Shown one piece after another: positions 60,814 to 64,000 of a DNA stretch of 64,000 bases. Within the stretch, counting starts at the first letter, position 1; each line of letters starts with the position of its first letter. The translations under genes and the position numbers were made by a program. Source of the DNA: an uncultured Pelagibacteraceae bacterium (lineage in GTDB: Bacteria > Pseudomonadota > Alphaproteobacteria > Pelagibacterales > Pelagibacteraceae); contig CABZAZ010000002.1 in assembly GCA_902523895.1 (NCBI GenBank), forward strand, positions 34,313-98,312. Direction: 5' to 3'. The notes beneath the pieces were generated by a model. The model did no database searches. It had not been told where the DNA came from and saw nothing but the letters and a program-made list of their open reading frames with translations.

Positions 60814-61881
60814 ATGTCAGATCTTAAAAAAATAAAAGATGAATTTCTTTCAAAACTTAGGGAAAAATTAGATATTTCAGAAATAAACCAAATTAAGTCT
60901 GACCTATTTGGTAAAAGTGGATTAATTTCAATCGAATTTAAAAAGATTGGAACAATTGCAGAGTCAGAGAGAAAAAAATTTGCTTCTGACTTAAACATTA
61001 TAAAAGACGAACTTCAAGATTTAATAAACTCAAAAATGAAAGATATTGAAAGTGCTGAAATTAACAAAAAATTGGAAAAAGAAAAAATTGATATTACTTT
61101 ACCTGAGAGATCATTTGTTCGAGGAAAAATTCATCCAGTTTCACAAACTATTGATGAAATATCATCAATTTTTTCCGAAATAGGTTTTAGTGTTGAGGAA
61201 GGGCCAGATGTTGAAAATGAATATAATAATTTTACAGCATTAAATACTCCAGAAAATCACCCGGCTAGAGATATGCATGATACTTTCTATCTAGATGAAA
61301 AAAAGCAGAAACTTTTACGAACACATACTTCTCCAGTTCAAATAAGAACTATGTTGAAAGATAAGCCACCATTTAAAATTATTGCACCCGGAAGAACCTA
61401 CAGATCAGATAGCGACCAAACACACTCACCAATGTTTCATCAAGTTGAGGGACTTCATATAGATAAGAATATAAATATGGGTCATTTAAAAGGATGCCTA
61501 AATTATTTTATCAAAGAGTTTTTTGAAGTAGATAAAATTAAGATGAGATTTAGACCAAGCCATTTCCCTTTTACAGAACCATCTGCAGAAGTTGATATCG
61601 GATACGAGATGAAAGATGGGAAAATTATAATAGGAGAGGGCAACCAATGGTTAGAGATTTTAGGGTGTGGGATGGTTCATCCAAATGTTTTAAAAAATGT
61701 TAAAGTTGATCCAATAAAGTTTCAAGGATACGCATTTGGTATTGGAATTGATAGGCTTGCTATGCTGAAATATGGGATAAATGATTTAAGAGCTTTTTTT
61801 GATTGTGATTATAGATGGCTAAATCATTTTGGATTTGATCCACTAGATGTACCTACGAATTATAGAGGCCTTAGTCGATGA
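60814..61881 (+). CDS. pheS: Phenylalanine--tRNA ligase alpha subunit
   Basis: [32 protein letters not shown]. Confidence 0.98.
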   Translation: MSDLKKIKDEFLSKLREKLDISEINQIKSDLFGKSGLISIEFKKIGTIAESERKKFASDLNIIKDELQDLINSKMKDIESAEINKKLEKEKIDITLPERSFVRGKIHPVSQTIDEISSIFSEIGFSVEEGPDVENEYNNFTALNTPENHPARDMHDTFYLDEKKQKLLRTHTSPVQIRTMLKDKPPFKIIAPGRTYRSDSDQTHSPMFHQVEGLHIDKNINMGHLKGCLNYFIKEFFEVDKIKMRFRPSHFPFTEPSAEVDIGYEMKDGKIIIGEGNQWLEILGCGMVHPNVLKNVKVDPIKFQGYAFGIGIDRLAMLKYGINDLRAFFDCDYRWLNHFGFDPLDVPTNYRGLSR

Positions 61882-64000
61882 AAATAACTTTCGATTGGTT
61901 AAAAGATCATTTAAAGACAAATTTGAAAGAAAAAAATCTTTTAGACCAACTTACCAACATAGGTTTAGAGGTAGAGAGTGTAGACAGTCTTTCTGCTGAT
62001 AATGGACTATTCAAAGTTGCTGAAATCATAAAAACTGAAAAACATCCAAATGCAGATCGACTAAAAGTTTGCGAGGTAAATATTGGAGAAAATGAAATTA
62101 AAAAAGTTGTGTGTGGTGCAAAAAATGCAAAAGAGGGATTGCTTACTATATACGCTCCCCCAGGTGCAACTATCCCCAAAACTAAGATGAAATTAGTGAT
62201 TGCTAAAATAAGAGGTGTTACTTCCTATGGAATGCTTTGCTCTGAGTCTGAATTAAATTTGTCTGAAGAAAGTGAGGGAATTATTGAATTACCAAAGGGA
62301 TATAAAAAAAATATTGGTAAAAGTTATTTTTCACAATCAAAATCACATCTTATTGATTTATCTATAACGCCTAATAGACCAGATTGTCTTGGAATTAGAG
62401 GAATTGCTAGAGATCTTGCTGCATCAGGTTTTGGAAGATTAGTAGATTTAAAAGAAAAAAAAATTAATTCAAAAAACAAACATACTTTAAAGGTAAAGAT
62501 TAAAAAGGAAAAAAATCAAGGATGTACTGCATTTGGGAGTTGCTTAATAACAAATGTGAAAAATTCTGAGAGCCCAAAATGGCTTAAAGATAAATTAATT
62601 TCAGTTGGTCAAAAGCCAATATCGGCAATAGTTGACGTTACAAATTATGTCATGCTTGATATGAATCGTCCATTACATGCATATGACGCTGATAAGATTA
62701 ATGATGGTATAATTATTCGAAACTCTAAGTTAGGAGAGGAATTCAAAGCACTTGATAACAAAAATTATAAACTAGAGAGTGGCATGTGTGTTATTAGCGA
62801 TAGCAAAGGTGTTTTAGGACTTGGAGGAATAATTGGTGGCACTAGATCTGGCACAGAATTTCATACAAATAATGTATTACTAGAGTCAGCTTATTTTGAG
62901 CCAGGATCAATAAGAAATACAGCAAAAAAATTAAATCTTGATACTGATGCGAAGTTTAGATTTGAAAGAGGTATAGATCCGTTATCAATTGAAGATGGTT
63001 TAAATAAAGCTGCAAGATTAATAAAGGAGATTTGTGGTGGTGAAATTAGTAAAGTAGATATTCAAAAAATAGAACCTTACAAGATAAAGAAAATTATATT
63101 CAAACCAAATATTTTTGAAAAAATATCTGGTTTTAAAATCTCTTTAAAAGAAATGATTGAAATTTTAGAGAATCTTGGTTTTGGAATAAAAAAGGATAAG
63201 AAATTTCTTAAATTATCTGTTCCTTCATGGAGACCAGATATCTCACAGGAAGTAGATATTGTTGAGGAGTTGGTAAGAATAAGTGGTTATGAAAAGATAA
63301 AGTATATTGAGCCAATTAAACAAAGAAAAAAATCTACTTTAAATAAATATCAGAAATTATTTCATTTTTTACAAAGATCAGTTGCATCCAAAGGTTATTT
63401 AGAGGCGATCACTTGGTCGTTCTCAGACCAACGTTATAATGATTATTTTAGAGATGCAAAAAAAGAGATTAAAATTATTAATCCTATTAGTTCAGAATTA
63501 GGAGTTTTAAGGAATTCTATATTTTCGAATTTAATCATGTATACGAACAAAAATCTCGACAGGGGTTTTAAGGATTTGTCAATATTTGAAATAGGTCCTA
63601 TTTTTAATGGATCTAATCCTGGTGAACAGAATACAGTAGTTTGTGGTTTATCAGCTGGGAAAAAATCAAGATTGTCTTGGATTGAAAAAGAAAGAAACGT
63701 AGATGTATTTGACGTGAAAAGAGATGTAATCCAAACTTTAGTTGAAGCTGGTTATGACTCTCAAAAATTTTTTATTGATAGTAAAACACCTAATTATTAT
63801 CATCCTGGCAAATCAGGGAGATTATTTTTAAATAATGAAAAAAACCAAATAGCTGCATATTTTGGAGAAATACACCCTAACATTCTAAAGCAGATTGATA
63901 TTAAAACAGAGTCTTTAGTTGGTTTTGAGATTTTTATGGATAATTTAAAATTACCGGAAAAAACTCTAAATGATCTAAAAGTAAAATTTTCATTTTCTGA
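61878..64000 (+). CDS. pheT: Phenylalanine--tRNA ligase beta subunit (3' truncated by window)
   Basis: ATGA overlap with pheS; [53 protein letters not shown]. Confidence 0.96.
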   Translation, partial: MKITFDWLKDHLKTNLKEKNLLDQLTNIGLEVESVDSLSADNGLFKVAEIIKTEKHPNADRLKVCEVNIGENEIKKVVCGAKNAKEGLLTIYAPPGATIPKTKMKLVIAKIRGVTSYGMLCSESELNLSEESEGIIELPKGYKKNIGKSYFSQSKSHLIDLSITPNRPDCLGIRGIARDLAASGFGRLVDLKEKKINSKNKHTLKVKIKKEKNQGCTAFGSCLITNVKNSESPKWLKDKLISVGQKPISAIVDVTNYVMLDMNRPLHAYDADKINDGIIIRNSKLGEEFKALDNKNYKLESGMCVISDSKGVLGLGGIIGGTRSGTEFHTNNVLLESAYFEPGSIRNTAKKLNLDTDAKFRFERGIDPLSIEDGLNKAARLIKEICGGEISKVDIQKIEPYKIKKIIFKPNIFEKISGFKISLKEMIEILENLGFGIKKDKKFLKLSVPSWRPDISQEVDIVEELVRISGYEKIKYIEPIKQRKKSTLNKYQKLFHFLQRSVASKGYLEAITWSFSDQRYNDYFRDAKKEIKIINPISSELGVLRNSIFSNLIMYTNKNLDRGFKDLSIFEIGPIFNGSNPGEQNTVVCGLSAGKKSRLSWIEKERNVDVFDVKRDVIQTLVEAGYDSQKFFIDSKTPNYYHPGKSGRLFLNNEKNQIAAYFGEIHPNILKQIDIKTESLVGFEIFMDNLKLPEKTLNDLKVKFSFS

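Noticed and set aside
982-62179. Numerous 60-120-aa ORFs antisense to core genes
   Set aside because: They lie within well-supported genes on the opposite strand and show no motifs or SD; treated as shadows.

Overview
Very AT-rich, densely packed alphaproteobacterial chromosome segment. Gene content, synteny and extreme streamlining point to SAR11/Pelagibacteraceae (inference). It is mostly core genome: miaB-phoH-ybeY-lnt-metK, nusA-infB-rbfA-rpsO-pnp, fabA-fabB-fabI, ubiE-ubiB-coaBC-dut-moeB, mutM-rpsT-dnaA-dnaN, argH-lptM-lysA-plsC, helicase-terB-fdxA-carD, aceE-aceF, gltD-gltB, thrS-infC-rpmI-rplT-pheS-pheT, plus tRNA-Leu(CAA) and tRNA-Arg(ACG). No CRISPR array, prophage or IS element is evident. 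The best signals lie below the ORF-track cutoff. (1) An apparently stand-alone unit (TTGACA promoter, 5' hairpin built from two GANTC/GcrA-type motifs, strong SD, terminator) encodes a 25-aa protamine/H1-like peptide, MPKRRKKAKKAKKKAKKKAKKRRRR, convergent with a CarD carrying a Lys-rich extension. (2) An iron/peroxide cassette, irr-katG-Fe/2OG oxygenase-DUF2061, has Irr ICE boxes and is followed by tandem Fur-box-like repeats that sit between a candidate antisense promoter and an unannotated 59-aa, 8-Cys protein. Several other unannotated small ORFs and regulatory hairpins were also found.
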